This document shows, piece by piece, positions 62,301 through 64,000 of a DNA stretch of 64,000 nt (positions within the stretch are counted from its first letter, which is position 1; the number at the start of each line of letters is the position of its first letter). The stretch covers positions 186,001 through 250,000 of the forward strand of contig JBDOQK010000052.1 of the NCBI GenBank assembly GCA_040437565.1, written 5' to 3'. Made by a program: the position numbers and the translations under genes. This DNA is from Albugo candida. Its lineage: Eukaryota. The notes beneath the pieces are model-generated. The model made no database searches and had not been told where the DNA came from. It worked only from the letters and a program-made list of their open reading frames with translations.

Positions 62301-63514
62301 AGATTTGTACGTCTTGTCACTGAATCAGGTTCACTCCCATTGTCCTGCTCAGCGCACTGACGCAATGCTCGTTGTACTGCGTGATTGTGTGCTTCAAAAT
62401 CCAATACTCGAGACTGTAAGATAAAATGTATCGGAATTTCGACAAAGGGATCAATGACTCCCCGAGATGGAGCAACTCTTATTTCCTTTCCTTTTTCAAT
62501 AGGATTTATACCAGCGGTCGATGTCTTTCCCATTGTAGCTGATAAAAGCTTGCAGTTTCCACAGCCGTCTTCATCACCAAGTTGATCGGAACTTCGATTA
62601 GAGGTGATGCTCGTGTAAAATGATAGTGGCTTCGGTCCATTATTTCGCAAAATGGCACTTACGCTTTGACCTTCTCCAGCAAAAATTGAGCCAAAACAGA
62701 CCGCTTTAAGTGGTTCATTACATTTTAGCAATTTACCGTCTGGGTTAGCGTATAATAAATCAATAGTGTGCTCCATCACGACTGCTGCAAGATCAACGAC
62801 CTTTTCAACAAAACTTGCTGATGGTATGTTTGTCTGCCTCTCTTGAAAGCGTACACGTAGTAAGCGACGTAAAGGTCCCAACTCCCGACCGAAAATCTCT
62901 ACCTTGACAGGTAGATGTTCAAATGGCCTGAGTATGCCACACCTAGGCGCAATAGTAATGACTTCTGAGTTTACGTCGAAGGAATTTGCGTCGGGTGAAA
63001 CGAGGCTGACTTTGAAAGTAGTGTCATGATCATTTAAATTCCGAATCTCCACTGCTCGAGAAGCTCGACTATTGAGAACAACTTTACCCAGATCGCACAA
63101 CGAAGGTGTTATCTCCACGTTAAGCGAAAGAGAATTTGCTTTCAAGCAAACATTAACGCTCCTTCCATCCTCAATCTTGACTTGCAAGTTGTCCCAACTC
63201 GACGATGCAGTGTTGACTAGATTGTCAAGGGGATGCTTGTTGCCTTCATCAAATTGTTCATTCACGACGAATGCGACATCATATTCTATGCATAGCCCTG
63301 GTGAAAGTGCGATTGTTGGATTACAAATTTTTCTCACATCGTCTCCTTTATATAGTAATGTGAATGATGATGCCAATGAAGGAGGTTTAATTTTAAATCG
63401 TACTGTCTTGTTACTGGTGTTTCGAACGACAATTCTGGAAATGTAGCGAATGTTACAGCGCACATGATCGAACTCAATATTCAGCGGAGAGATACGAAGC
63501 GGAAAGTCGTCCAT
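53305..63514 (-). CDS. CFAP47: Cilia- and flagella-associated protein 47 (CFAP47)-like giant Ig-like/ASH-repeat protein with a calponin-homology region
   Basis: Many beta-sandwich ASH-like repeats (e.g. FGKMSVNSSSIRSFTVFNDL, VDFGDVQVGVRVEKSILLRN), a CH-like segment (SNVYSNGELMLLEWV...DFNKDFRDGKILFHLLVAYIP) and C-terminal YGKMQSGTLIILTNEMQWTFRVKG. Removing the gap+duplicate (274 nt) gives 9936 nt, about 3311 aa in one frame. Confidence 0.82.
53399..53846. repeat. Gap-flanking direct duplicate (53399-53572 vs 53673-53846) in the CFAP47 3' end
   Basis: 174-bp copies on either side of 100 N. Confidence 0.93.
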
Positions 63515-64000
63515 AATACTTCTAAAATCATGTCAAGTAATAGCCTCTTTGTGTCTCTTCAAGATGATGCCTCTTTGCAGCTAAAACCGTGTGGCATCGT
63601 GATTGTTGACTAGCTTGTGAGGTCGTAAATATACGTCATTGAAAAAAAGCGGATCGATGCATTATAGGAAGCCATGTCCGGCGATTCTATTTTGTTCAAG
63701 TTGCAGAGGAGAGCTTCTGCAATCTTGCTTTCGGCCTTATGTATTCAGTCGCTTTGAGGATATGCTGCCGCTATTATTGGATTCGGCTGGCGATTCGTCT
63801 CCAAACGTGTTAAAATAATGTTGCTCGTGCAAAATGATGAGTTCGGTTTCCTCATTGTCTCGACAACTTCGTCAGAATGTGAAGCTATTCGGACCGTTTG
63901 CGGGTAGACAGCTCGGCATTTCTCTTTCTGAATTAAACAAGATAATTTTATATAACAATAAGCTAATTTATTGACTGTGTCACAAAGATAATCGGACCAC

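Noticed and set aside
239..63446. Numerous 60-150-aa ORFs antisense to or nested in the large genes
   Set aside because: These are shadow ORFs of real coding sequence or N-spanning artefacts, with no independent motifs.
63540..64000. Possible gene fragment at the right edge
   Set aside because: The frames examined are interrupted by stops within about 60 codons and have no recognisable motif.
1..64000. Prokaryotic-type defence system, operon, intact transposon or RNA gene
   Set aside because: All recognisable genes are intron-bearing or typical eukaryotic genes. No transposase, reverse transcriptase, integrase, LTR/TIR pair, tRNA or rRNA signature was seen.

Overview
Eukaryotic, gene-dense scaffold segment with short GT-AG introns (about 50-120 nt) and very short intergenic spacers. 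Gene content and architecture (START-like/FYVE/GAF protein, tandem cNMP-gated channel, retained flagellar genes, compact layout) point to a zoospore-forming oomycete, plausibly Albugo-like; this is an inference and was not searched. About 16 protein-coding genes are supported: tandem CNG-type channel (5' truncated), LTV1, cytochrome b561, WASHC2/FAM21, START-FYVE-GAF protein, Tup1-like WD40 corepressor, axonemal dynein heavy chain, GST, SNRNP27, WW-IQ-LRR protein, POC1, a hypothetical single-TM protein, kinesin-1 heavy chain, Ariadne RBR E3 ligase, a TKL kinase-PH-SAM protein, RINT1/TIP20 and CFAP47. There are eleven 100-N placeholder gaps. Eight are flanked by direct duplicates, which explains several broken or inflated ORFs. 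The best second-look items are an in-frame TAG inside a continuous LRR array, a homopolymer frameshift in kinesin, a diverged (~3%) 1.45-kb duplicate or haplotype pair, non-canonical channel pore loops and local enrichment of flagellar/centriolar genes. I found no RNA genes, intact transposons, CRISPR arrays or convincing previously undescribed multi-gene system.
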